Shown piece after piece: positions 25,056 to 40,699 of a DNA stretch of 64,000 nt. Positions within the stretch are counted from its first letter, which is position 1, and each line of letters opens with the position of its first letter. The notes beneath the pieces are model-generated. The model worked only from the letters and a program-made list of their open reading frames with translations. It was not told the origin of the DNA and did no database searches. The position numbers and the translations under genes are program-made. The stretch is from the human T2T-CHM13v2.0 reference genome, Homo sapiens, in assembly GCF_009914755.1 (NCBI RefSeq), contig NC_060925.1. One strand, written 5' to 3'.

Positions 25056-26150
25056 AGGTTGATCTTTGGCCCCCCACTAATGTTTGACTTAACCTATGCA
25101 AAACACATTCAACTACCCACCAAAGGAATTCAAAATCTCATGTTATTACAGCATGAAGCTCAGGTTTGAAGTCCCAGATCTCATCTTGTAAGTCAGGTCC
25201 AGGTTTGGGTAAGACCACTCAAGTATGGTAATTTTTAAAGTGATAATCTATAAATTTAGCAGACAAGTTACTTTCTTTCCACATATCCAACATATTTGAG
25301 ATAAGAACTACATAACTTTAACATTTTTATTCATGATGAAGGTTGGTTGATGAAAGGCACATAGCAGCTGTTAGTCCGTAATAATTCTTAAATCCAGCTG
25401 AACCAACATGTACTATTAGGGCCCAATTATTAGGGCTGAACACAGTTATTAATAGGGCCCTATTTTATTCCTATGAATAGTTCTATATGATCACTGGATA
25501 TATTTGGATATACTTGGATTCTGTATGATTCTATGGTTATTGACTCTTCCTTCTGAATCATATTTTCCACCTGACCCTCCCTTAAAAAATTTGCCCTAGG
25601 CTTGCAGCTGAGTAGTTTTCTCAAACTGCTTTCTGTTCAGATAGAGTTGCAGGCCTAAAACCTCTTTTCATTTGGAAATTTCTCAAACCCTTTTTGTCCA
25701 AGCAAATGTGTTTTTCTTTACCAATATGTGTGTTTCCTACGTACTAAGTTATAATCTTCTCCAGTAGACAAAATACGCACACGCGCATGCACACACACTC
25801 ACACCTCCCTGAGATAGATTCTCCTCTACTTTAGGCTCAAAGTCAGGCGGCTTAAGATTTTGAAAGGTTTTATTATACAGTTTAGAGGGTCTTGATGCTG
25901 ATGCCCCTCCTTAGATCTTTCTAAGGTTTTGATTAAAGGTTACATAGGAATCTCATTGTGAAGATGACTTTTACTGGCAGTTCCCTGATTTTACTTTGTG
26001 CTAAGACATTTCTCATTTTGAGAACCTCAAGCTGGCTCAATAAATTAGAACTGAGAAACAGTTTTATTTTCCAATAATAAAAAGTGGTTTGAAAATATTT
26101 TATTTAAATTCTGCTTGAAAGTGATCAGTTCTTTCATTAATTCATTCACT
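25056..26150 (-). mobile_element. MLT1 internal (MLT-int) remnant
   Basis: Directly follows the LTR; gcaaaacacattcaac..aaaatctcatgttattacagcat..agtcaggtccagg..agacaagttac resembles MaLR internal sequence. Confidence 0.5.
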
Positions 26151-26197
26151 TTAATATATACCTTATCCCATTTAGGTAATTTAAAAAAAATACACAC

Positions 26198-26890
26198 TGC
26201 TATGGTTTCAATGTGTCCTCCAAAGTTCATGTGTTGCAAACCTAATCCCTAACACAACAGTGTTGAGAGGTAAGACCTTTAAAAGGTGATTATGTCATGA
26301 AGGATCTAGCCTCCTGAATGGATTAATGCTATTATGGTGGGAATGGTTTCCTTATCACAAGGAGGGGTTACCCTCTTCCTGTCTTTCTTGCATGCTTATG
26401 CTCATGTGCCCTTCCACCCTCTACCATGGAATGACACAGCAAGAAGAACCTCACTGGGCTAGGCCCGTCGATTTTGAACTTTCCAGCTTCCAGAACTGTG
26501 AGCCAAATAAACTTCTATTGTTTACAAATTACCCATGTGTGATACTGTGATATTCTTTTTTTTTTTTTTTTTTTTTTTTTTGACAGGGTCTTGCTCTGTC
26601 ACCCAGGCTGGAGTATAGTGGCGCAATCTCGGCTCACTACACCTCCTGGGTTCAAGCAACTCTCCTGCCTCAGCCTTCTGAGTAGCTGGGATTATAGGTG
26701 CACACCACCACTCCTGGCTAATTTTTGTATTTTTAGTAGAGATGGGGTTTCACCATGTTGGCTAGGCTGGTCTCAAACTCTTGACCTCGTGATCCACCCA
26801 CCTTGGCCTCCCAAAGTGCTGGGATTACAGGCGTGAGCCACCGTGCCTGGCCCACTCTGTGATATTCTGTTACAACAAAATGTACTGAGA
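26198..26890 (+). mobile_element. MaLR LTR, MSTD/MST-like, interrupted by an Alu
   Basis: Starts tgctatggtttcaatgtgtcctccaaagttcatgtgttg; ccagaactgtgagccaaataaacttctattgtttacaaattaccca. Confidence 0.8.
26557..26852 (-). mobile_element. AluS (Sg/Sc-like)
   Basis: polyT then antisense Alu with gacctcgtgatcc; TSD ctgtgatattct at 26545-26556 and 26857-26868. Confidence 0.95.
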
Positions 26891-27069
26891 ACCACATGAA
26901 TAAAACTAAAAAACTAATTGGCACTTTTAATGTCTACATTGAAATTATTTTAGCCAACTCTATAAGTTCACAAGTTTGTTAAATGTATATTTTATCTTCC
27001 ATACTACTACAAGTGATAGTCTCACCAGTGAAAACATTTTCTTCTGCCTCAATAGCAATTTCCTCCCTA

Positions 27070-27071
<2 letters not shown>

Positions 27072-27106
<35 letters not shown>

Positions 27107-27358
27107 AGAGAAAGGGTCTTTGTTTGCCCAGGCTGGAGTGCAGTGGGACATTCATAGCTTACTGTAACCTCAAACATTTGGCTTAAGCAATCCTCTAGCT
27201 AGGACCACAGGTGTGTGCCATCACACCTGGCCATTTTTTAAATTATTATTCATTTTAGAGACTGCTCATGCTGGTCTCTAACTACTGACCTCAATCAGTC
27301 TCCTGCCTTAGCTATCCAAAGCTCTGAGATTACAGGTTTGACCCAAAATGCCCAGCCT
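27072..27358 (-). mobile_element. AluJ, diverged, with internal deletions
   Basis: polyT then agggtctt..cccaggctggagtgcagtgg..catagcttactgtaacctcaaac..aagcaatcctc (J-type diagnostics). Confidence 0.88.
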
Positions 27359-27391
27359 CTAGGTATTAATTTTTTTAATTATCTGTATCTG

Positions 27392-27772
27392 TTGTTATAG
27401 ACTGAACTATGTTCCCCCATCTCCAAATTTGCATGTTGAAATGCTCACTCCCAATGTCGCTGCACTGGGGATATAGAACCTTTAGAGAGATAATTAAGAT
27501 TAAATAATGTCAAAAGGGTGGGGTCCTAATCCAATATGGCTGAAGCCCTTATAAGAAGAGGAAGAGCAACTAGCAATGCAAGAATGCAGTGAGAAGGCAG
27601 ATGTCTGCAAGTCCAATAAAAAGGCCTCAGGGGAAACCAAATATGCCCACACCTTGATCTGGAACTTCCAGCATCTGTAACTTCAAGAAAATAAACTTCT
27701 GTGTTTAAGGCCTCAAAATGATGATTTTTGTTTGTTTGTTTGTTTGTTTATGTCAGCCCCAGAAAATTAATA
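27392..27772 (+). mobile_element. MaLR LTR, MLT1A/MLT1B-like
   Basis: tgttatagactgaactatgttccccc..ggtcctaatccaatatggctg..cttataagaagagg..accttgatctggaacttccagc. Confidence 0.82.
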
Positions 27773-27774
27773 TA

Positions 27775-28330
27775 TCTGCTTAAGAAAATATTCACAGTAT
27801 AGTGAACTCAAACAACTGTCATATTTGCTCATTATTCTTTGGTTAGGGATTTGGATAGGGCATTGTAAACATAAATACTTTCCACATCACATCATGAAAG
27901 TTCAAGATTATTCCCACACATTTGGTGCATCAATTAGAGTGAGTGGTTTGAATGTCTGCAGCTAGTCAGGATCCATTTCCAAGATGACACAATCACAGTG
28001 CTGGTAATCTGGTGCTGGGTATCGATTGGGAGCTCTCACAGCACTCTCAGCTGGGGCAAGAGTTCTCTCTGGTCCAGAAGAGATCTTCAGTTCTCCTCCC
28101 TGCGGTTTCTACGTGTGGCTGTCTCAGCTACCTAAGACTTCCTTTATCTGTCTAAGTATAGTAGTCTCAGAGTTGTTGACTTAACATGGCTACTAACTTC
28201 CTAATAAATTGTCAGATAATCTTAAATTTTCTGCCCTAAACTGGCACAGCATCACTTTTTGCCGCACTTCATTGGTTAAAGCAGATAGCAGAGTCCGCCC
28301 AGATTCAACACTGGGAAGAAATATTTCATG
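27775..28330 (-). mobile_element. Second old MLT1 LTR
   Basis: atttgctcattattctttggttagggatttggatagggc..ttccaagatg..tggtgctgggtatcgattgggagctc..aactggcacagcatcacttt..cattggttaaagcag..gcccagattcaa. Confidence 0.68.
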
Positions 28331-28349
28331 CAGAAGTGCCTGTGTAATA

Positions 28350-28432
28350 TTCTATATGTTTATATGTGTGTGTGTGTATACACACACACATATAAACATA
28401 TAGATACATGTTAATATATATGTATATATAAC
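28350..28432. repeat. Compound (TA)/(TG)/(CA) dinucleotide tract
   Basis: tatatgtgtgtgtgtgtatacacacacacatata.. Confidence 0.85.
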
Positions 28433-29357
28433 TACATAAAATTCTTATCTGATTTATCTGACAATCTTTGTCGCATATTGTGTGACTTAATGACACAATC
28501 TCACATATGAAGAAACGTTCATACAAATGATGCCTTGCAGTAATATCTGAAAAGACAAAACTACTTGAATGTTCTAAAACCTGCATATTTTACACAGAAT
28601 TACTGCAGTCTTACAATAATATTTTTTAAATAAAATTTAGATTCATTTTTTATGTTTGGAAATTTACTTGGTGATTTTTTGAGGAATAAAATTACTTCTG
28701 TAAGGATAGACATTTTTATAGTATTTGCTTCCTAATTATGAATGTGCTACACCTATTCATCCAGAGATTTTCATAGGTTATCTTTTCAGATATTATATAT
28801 TGAATAAACTTTAATATTTTAACTGGTTCTTTTTACTTTTCTTGTTTCTAGTGATAATAGAATTATGCTTTACTTTAATGGGCACTTCACCTAGTTTCAA
28901 ACAGACATGTTTATCACAATAAAGCATTAATCTCTATCTGTGGTTTATTAACACCAATAATTAAGAGATGTTATCAGACTACACGTCTGTGACATAAGTA
29001 CTACCTGTATTAGTGACCGTATTTAAGAGAGTCCAGGTAGTCAATAGCTATGCAGATGTAACAGGTATACTCTAAAAATATTTTTAGGAAAAATTGAAGG
29101 CATAATTTAAAATATATGCGGGTCTGGCATAGTTATTCATATATACAGAAATTCTTGATGTAGTGAGCTCCTAGGTTCTTTATTGCAAATATTTAGTTAG
29201 AAACGGCCTCCTGAAAGCAGCGACACCATGACAATGCAAGCAACTTCTGAACAGTTCTACAACAGTAACGTCCTCTACGGCATTATTTTGCTGGGGGTTC
29301 AGAAACACCAGGAAAACAACTCCAACCTTGAGTGACAGGGTCTACATTTTCTTTTAA

Positions 29358-30440
<1,083 letters not shown>

Positions 30441-30467
30441 TTGTTGCATTGCCTAGTCCATATTATA

Positions 30468-30546
30468 TTAGTTAGTGAAAAAGTAACTGCGATTTTTTCC
30501 ATTAAAAGTAATGGCAAAAACTGCAATTACTTTTGCACCAAACTAA
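30468..30546. mobile_element. MADE1 (Hsmar1-derived ~80-bp MITE)
   Basis: ttagttagtgaaaaagtaactgcgattttttccattaaaagtaatggcaaaaactgcaattacttttgcaccaaactaa: palindromic mariner TIRs, preceded by TA. Confidence 0.92.
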
Positions 30547-31304
30547 CACTGTGACCTCACTAGGGAATACCAGTGTGGTATGTATACAAAAGAGACTGTA
30601 GCAAAGTAAGATGTCATAATTTCATATTTAATTTAAAAGAAGCTTTTTCTCTTATTCCTGTTTTACCTCTTCATCTTCCTCTCTTCATTTTAACACAAGA
30701 TGTTAATAACCTCTCTAGGTCTTTCTCAGTTCATAATATTGCACCTGAAGAAAGTTTATTTATTTTGATAGATGCACCTATACGTTCAACTAAATTGTGT
30801 GTATGAGAACAAGAAGACCATCTATAATTGTTTGATCCTTTGAAGAAAAGATAATGGCAAAAATTCAACTTACAAATACATATTAGGTATACATTTTTGT
30901 CTGAGATACAAGTAGATTATAAAATAAAATCTTAAAATTATGCCTAAAATGACACTTAACTGACAGTTTTTGGATAGAGTCAAAATCTATTAGCTGATAG
31001 GTATATTGAGAAATGATCTGGCACTGAACCAAGTTTTTGGTGTCAAATACAGTGTTATTTAATCAAATGGAAAAATAATTCACTTAAATTCAGACCTAAC
31101 AATAAATGATATTTCTGGCATAAACAAACACATGCTTTATGTAACTGTTAGAAGATAAGTGAAAAGCCCTTGCAGCATATTCAATATGGGGAAAAGTAAG
31201 GACAATGCCAGTCACCGAAAAAGAAAAATTAACTTATTTTTTCTCAGAGAAAAATAATGTAAAATACTATCTAGTTGCATTTAAAAAATTGCTTTTTGCT
31301 TTAC

Positions 31305-31885
31305 AAAATTAGCCATTACACTCCCGGATATTTATTTAAGAGTAATGAAGAATTAAGTTCAAACAAAAATCTACACAAGAAGGTAATTTTATTTGTAATA
31401 GCCCCACATTGGAAACACTGAGTTGTTCCTTCATGAGTGAATGATTAAGCAGACTGTGCTGATGCATCCTTGCCATAGTATACTACTCAGCAGTATAAAG
31501 GAACTATTTCCTGCAGCAATCTGGATGAATCTCCAGAGAATTACACTGAGTGAAAAAGGTCAACCCCAAAAGGTTACATATCAGACAATTCCATTTATAT
31601 AACCTTCTTGAAATTACAAAATTATAGAACTAGAGAACAGGTTCGTGGTTGCCAGAGGATAATAAGGGAGTGAGGTAGGAGGAAAGTAAGTGTGGCTATA
31701 AAAGAGTAATGACAGGAATACTTGTGATGATGGAAATGTCCTATATTTTCGATGTCGATATTCTCATTGTGGTATTGTACTATAATTAGGCCAAATATTA
31801 AAGGGTATATGGGTTCTCTCTGCATTGCTTCTTAAAACTGTAAGTGCATCCAGAATATTACACAGTAAAAAGAGTTTAATTTAAA
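31305..31885 (+). mobile_element. L1MD-like 3' fragment
   Basis: ctggatgaatctccagagaattacactgagtgaaaaagg..aaagggtatatgggttctctctgcatt..cttaaaactg. Confidence 0.75.
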
Positions 31886-31896
31886 AAAGCAATTCT

Positions 31897-32200
31897 GGCT
31901 GGATGCGTGGCTCAGTCTTGTAATCCCAGCACTTTGGGAGGTTGAGGCAGAAGGATAGCTTGAGCTCAAGAGTTCCAGACTAGCCTGGGCAACATGGCAA
32001 AACCCTATCTCAACAAAAAAATACAAAAAAGTACAAAAAGGTAGCCAAGCATGGCGGTGTGCACCTGTGGTCCCAGCTACTTAGGAGGCTGAGAAGGGAG
32101 GATAACTGGAACCTGGGAGATGAAGGCTGCAGTGCACCTCCATGATTCCATCATGGTGCACTGCAGCCTGGGCAACAGAGCAAGATCCTGTCTCAAAAAA
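31897..32200 (+). mobile_element. AluJ
   Basis: ggatagcttgagctcaagagttccagactagcctgggcaacatggc; aaggctgcagtg; agcaagatcctgtctc. Confidence 0.92.
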
Positions 32201-33052
32201 ATATAATTTTATTGTTAATTTAAAAATGGTAAAGGGGAATTTTATTCCCCTTAAATGATGTCTTCCTTAAGGTCTTCCTTAAGGTATGTAGTAAAGGATT
32301 TGAATAAAGTATGTGCTTTTAACCACCAAGTACAGATACATATATATTAGAAGACCAGATTTAATCTCAGGCTAATTATTTTTTAAAAAAATCTATTGAT
32401 AATATAGATAATAAACTATTGTGTGTTACATAATTTTTAAAAATGACACAATCCTAACCATGTATTAAGCAACCTATCCCATTAGGTATTATTGAGAAAA
32501 GTAAAAATTGATGTGATTTTAATGTTTTTATCACTATTTTTTTCATCAATAACAATGTTAGCATTTCTTACTGTTCTTTACACTGTCTTGGAAATAAAGG
32601 CACAGAAAAACATGGCATCAAGTAAGTTATTGGTGTTCACTATAAAATTCTAACCAAATGAGGTGTCAACTCCTTACCAATGGTTTATTAAATGCAAAAA
32701 TATTATAACACAATGATAAATAATATGTTTCATGACATTGAGGATTCATGTCTGAAATAACAAGTGCCTAATCTGCTTATTAATGAGAAAGTGTAAAGTT
32801 ATCTGATGCAAAAAACATGCTCTGGGAAATTGGGGTAGGTGGTGATGGTAATAATTATTGTTAATTCCAAACCAAATACCTATGTTAGGAATGTTTCTTT
32901 TAAATCACTCGTGTAGTGTGAGTAAAATGAGTTGAGATATTGCTCAAATTCAATTACATAAGGTATTCTAATGTATAAATTGTACTTTAAACTCATATAT
33001 GAAATTAGATTTGATATTAGGTGTTACAATGTCTTTGTAATACATCAACTGA

Positions 33053-33355
<303 letters not shown>

Positions 33356-34329
33356 TGAAGTTTTTTAGAAGAAATTTTTTATGTTAAAACATCGTGAAGG
33401 AGTCAGAAACCTCAAATGTCTTCATTTAATTCAGTGTTATTTTTAGTTGAAATATGAATCACTTAAGCTATTCATACTTTTATTCATTTATTCTCATATA
33501 TATTTATCCAATAGTACCATATTTATTATAGTAAAGACTGTCAGAATTCACTTACCAAAAGTTTTTCAAATGTTAAGCACTCTACCACAATGTATACTTG
33601 AGAATATGAACTATGCCATTAATATCTATTAAATATGCTTTTTTAGTCAATAAATATTTGTAATATGTAAGGAGAAAATAAAATCAGAATATTATGAAAA
33701 TATATAACCACAGCATCTAATGTTATATTTATTAAAGTTTTTTTTTAAATTTCATCACTTTACCTATCATGACAGGTAAAATGTACAGTGACTAAATGAA
33801 ACAAAGTCATGAGGAAATCTACCAATCTATCTGCAAGATTGTTAAAACTAAGGCTCTGATTTATTTTTCAGGGAACTTTGTTAACATTTTAATATAATGT
33901 ACATTACTCTTGTATAATATACAAGAGTATAATATACAGTGTAATTTAAAGGTAAAATGGAAATGTTACAGTTGTGGCTATTAGTGTATTATTTTCTATT
34001 TTTATAGCTTGTATGTGAAAAACAAGAATGCACATTTACATAACATTTTTAAATTTCATCATGTATTTATTTATAAATTTCAATATGTATGTATTTATCA
34101 ATTTCAATATGTATGCATTTATTTTAATGTTAGGGTAACCTCTGTAGATGTATAACTTCTTTAAGAATATAGATGAAGAAGCCACATTACCTAGATTGAA
34201 ATCTTGCCTTCATTATGCTATATATTAGAATCAAATTCAGTTGATTATGCCAGAAAGTCAAGAACATCATGAATCAAAAATTTTTTTCTATTCATATTTA
34301 AAAAATCAAAAGTATAAGGTGATATGTTC

Positions 34330-34661
34330 TCATCATGTACCCAGTGTCCTAGATTTTCACTCCACATTAGAGTATGACCTCATCTTTTGCTCTCAGATGC
34401 CTGCCAGAGCTCCTTTGAGCATCTCCAGGCAGCCAGAAAGGAGAAGAGCAAAGGGCAAAATGGGTTGCCATCTGAGTCTGCCTTCCCAAAATCTTACCCA
34501 GTGATTCTCTTTTTATATCTCACTGGCCAAACCTATGTCACTTGGCCATCTCTACCTGTGGGATGAGTTGCTACCCCCCCCAAAAATAAGAACTTTATTA
34601 ATAAGGAAAAAAGAAAAATGTGGATTTTGCAGGCTACTTGCTACTCACAGTCTCTGCCACA
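34330..34661 (-). mobile_element. Old MLT1 (J/K-like) LTR remnant
   Basis: tatatctcactggccaaacctatgtcacttggcca..taaggaaaaaagaaaaatgtggat..cagtctctgccaca. Confidence 0.65.
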
Positions 34662-35290
34662 ATCACCCTCCAAGTAACTTTGAATAATTAAAACAAGCAG
34701 AAATTGATTATGTAATACTCACATCAAGCCTGCTGTTTTGTCCAGATAACTTATGTTGACAAAACCAGCCACAGGCATTTGAGACTGTAACTACTCATTC
34801 ACTCTAAGGAAGCCCAAAGGCATATAGCAGGGCCTGATATCCAATACAGAGATCTTAAGCTGAATGATTAAGGATTCTGTGGTTAAGATACAAATATGAT
34901 ATAAGCAAAATCATTACTCTTGAATTATCCTGTCTTCTCAATATTTATTGTTTGGGTTTTTCCTAGACCGTCCCCTGCCACGATTAGCGAGCTGGTGGCT
35001 ATGTCTTGCACATATCACATAACAAGCTAGTGGGAACATTCCCCAAAATAGTGTTTTGGTGGGAGAAGCACAAGCCATTCTCCTGCACTTTAGAGGATTT
35101 GTGATAGAGATCCTAAAGATGATCAAAATCAAAATTTATTCTCTTCAGTACTGGGCCATAGAAATTTTCCTTTGAACATTACAGAAGTCCAGGGACTTTT
35201 CTGGAAGATTACATTGCAAGGAATCAGTTTTAGACAAATTGACACTTCTCAGTTCACACACCTCATTCCCAAGTGTAACTAATAAACATC

Positions 35291-35660
35291 TGTTATGATT
35301 AGGTTTTGTGTCCCTATCCAAATCTCGTCTTGAATTGTAATCCCCGCTTGTCAAGAAAGAGACAAGGTAGAGGTAATTGAATCATGGGGGTGGTTTACCC
35401 CATGCTATTCTCATGATAGTGAGTGAGTTCTCATGAGATTTTATGGTTTTATAAGGGGCTCTTCTCCTTTCACTCAGCACTGTTTCTTCCTGCTGCCATG
35501 TGAAGAAGGTGCCTTGCTTCCCCTTCACTTTCCACCATGATTGTAAGTTTCCTGAGACCTCCTTAGCCATCCTGAATTGTGAGTCAATTAAACCTAATTC
35601 CTTTATAAATTACCCAGCTTTGGGCAGCTCTTTATAGCACTATGACAATGGACTAATACA
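35291..35660 (+). mobile_element. Solo THE1 LTR (THE1C/D-like)
   Basis: tgttatgattagg..caaatctcgtcttgaattgtaatcccc..gagtcaattaaacc..ggactaataca; TG..CA termini. Confidence 0.9.
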
Positions 35661-36857
35661 GCAACATACAGTACACCTTCAGTAAACTGTACCTTTTCAA
35701 CCCATAGGGATTGTAAGGCTGTTTACTGTCATTATCATAGAAACACAGCAGAATTGCTGACATAGGACACTGGATTATCATTACGTCTTGTGTAGGATAG
35801 CCGTATGTTGATTAGTGAGCTGTTAAGAGTGTTCCAATATGAGACTGCATAAATTATAAATATCCTATCTGAGTCACCAGATGACTCTGTCATTTCAAGG
35901 AGTTTTTAATGAGCAAACTCCTACAGACCACCTATACCAATGACACTTCCATTACACTGAACACATAAGATGAGGAATAAAATTTTGAAGTTCTTTAAAT
36001 TTTTCTCTTCTGGTTGATTTGTGCCCTCCTGTATTATTTTCTATTTTTATTTAAGATATCAGTAAGATAGGGCAGATTTTTCAGTTGGGAGAAGAGAGGG
36101 TACCCTATGTTTCTGTTCCTTGGGCATAAAAATTTGATCAGGAAGTAGATTAATATCTCCCCTCAGAAGAGTCGTACCCCTTGGTTACTCTTGACCAAGC
36201 TTTCTAAAACTGAGAATAAAAACCAAGGAATCTTATTCTTCATGGCATCCTATTCTGGAATTAGAATATTGACTTTTGAATTGTTAGGAATATAAACTGC
36301 ATGATTAGGGAAATACCAGCTCTTACCCCTGGGTACCAGCTTATCTTACTGGTTGCTGATTAAACTGGCCCACTCCAAATATAGTTGTTGGACACAAGCC
36401 TTATAATTGCAGTGTTACCTTTATGGTATGACTAGTGGCAGGACTGGCTACTTTGGAATTCCCAGATGCACCAGCTCATCCCCTTAGTACAAGCAAATAT
36501 TAGAGAAGTGAGAGTACAACACTTGCAGTTTTCCCATTCTTGTAGTTGTCTAGAAATAGGTATTTTAAGAATGGACCTTAATTCAACTTCCATTGAATAT
36601 GTAGAATGACAATTTCTTTTCTAAGATGATGGCTTTAAGCATGTTAACATTTACTTTTCATTAGGCAGGTCACTTATGATTTGGGTAGATTGATTACTTT
36701 AGCTGCTTGCAATGATTAAATAAAGTTATACACACAATAAGCTTAAATGATACACCTTAAGTATTTTAATTATTAGCATATATATTTATATTATTGTAAT
36801 TGTAAAAATATATGCAGTATGTTTTGTATATATATGTGTATACACATACACACACAG

Positions 36858-36945
36858 AGATTATCTTCATTAGACAATAAAGAAATGGAGGCTCAAAAAA
36901 CATAAGTGAACTGCCCAAGAACATACAAAAGTAAATGATAACGTA
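36858..36945 (-). mobile_element. MIR fragment
   Basis: aaagaaatggaggctcaaaaaacataagtgaactgcccaagaacatac (MIR core). Confidence 0.65.
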
Positions 36946-37483
36946 AGTATAAATATCTAATTTTCTAAAATCTACCTTTTTAAAAATCTACACGCAAAAT
37001 ATATTTGGGGCTATATATATATATGTCAAGAGTGACAAATTTTAATATAATAGAAAAAGAATTTTTACTTAATTGATAACTATTAAATTTCTCCTTCATA
37101 AAATGTGTTTTCATACTATTTTTAAAAATATATAAAATATAAAAAGTATCAAAATCAGAACACTAAATATAATTAAAATGTAATTTGATTTTTTAAATTA
37201 TTCAAAATTTTTAAATATAAAGTTATTTTTAAACATTTAAATGTAACAGAAAATTCTAAACTTTAGAAAATACTAGTTCAAGAAATATCTACTATATATT
37301 AAACAATGGTGCTGAAAATATGTTTTTTAATGCTATTATAAACAGAAAAAAAAGAACATTACCTTTCTAAAATAATGCTTATTATTGTTCAATTTTATCA
37401 CATAAGTTAAATGGCATAGGAGCTTTAGTCTTCTGTATATTATTTAAGAAAGGATATGGTAGTAGATGACATCTCTTACATAG

Positions 37484-37778
<295 letters not shown>

Positions 37779-37854
37779 AAAAATAAGTTATTTTTATATG
37801 ATAAAATTATAGAACATTTGAAAAATTAAAAATTTCAGAAAAAAACAGAATAGG

Positions 37855-38040
37855 AGAGCAACTAAAAGCACAGGTTTTGAAGTTGTGCTCCTCAGGTAAA
37901 AATTCAGGCTCCATAATTTCTAAGTAGAATCTGGTAAAATGCTTTTCATGTTATCTTACATACCTAATGTCTCTCATCTGTTAAAATGGCAAAATAAGAA
38001 TATATATTGTAGTATTCATGGTTTACTTGAATAAAGCAAA
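37855..38040 (+). mobile_element. MIR fragment
   Basis: aaaagcacaggttttgaagt..aattcaggctcca..ctcatctgttaaaatgg. Confidence 0.55.
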
Positions 38041-38320
38041 TGAAAGTTTTTTTTTTAAATAAGAATAATATAGAATGTGTTTCCCCAAAAAATGTCAGCC
38101 AGCATTGTAAAAGCTTTTTTGAAAAAATAACATTGAGATTATCTTTTAATATAAATTGTAGAATATGACAATAAATTCCTTTTCCTATTACCCCAAGAAG
38201 TTTAGTAAAATATTGCATTATTTTGACTTATTATATATATTCTCTCTCTAAGTTTTGTTACTCTCACTTAGATAAAACTAAATATATACAAAAATTTTAT
38301 TGTTTTAAAGTTGAACTTTA

Positions 38321-40275
<1,955 letters not shown>

Positions 40276-40699
40276 TAAAGTTGAATTTCAGATTCACAAA
40301 TATTTAATGGCTATAATGATAAAGAGTAGAGTGACATGTTTTAAAATTCTGCCTTGTAATTTCCTGATGCAGTGAATTATAACAAATTTCGCTAAGTGTA
40401 TGCTTTCCTTTAACACTATTATATAATTTATTGTAAGAGCCTTTAAAAAATAACTTCAATTTGCCTCATGGATGAAAGTTATGAAAACTTCATGCTGAGT
40501 TTTATTTCTTAATGCATTATACTTATTAAAGTTAAATACCTGCTATAATATATTGAATAGATGAGTCATTTGAATAAAAAGAAAACAATAAAGTTGCCAT
40601 CATTTATGAAACTCCAAAACATTGTATTATTTATTCATCATGTAGCTACCATCTAACAATTTTTAAATCTTTCTCATTTTATTATTTAATATGTAACAC

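Noticed and set aside
28326-28586. Minus-strand ORF with an acceptor-like ttttgtcttttcag
   Set aside because: No convincing donor, runs into a dinucleotide repeat, peptide not recognised
30468-30546. Long hairpin as a novel miRNA or ncRNA
   Set aside because: It is a MADE1 MITE. Some MADE1 copies yield miR-548 family hairpins, but nothing here shows expression and the left arm is diverged
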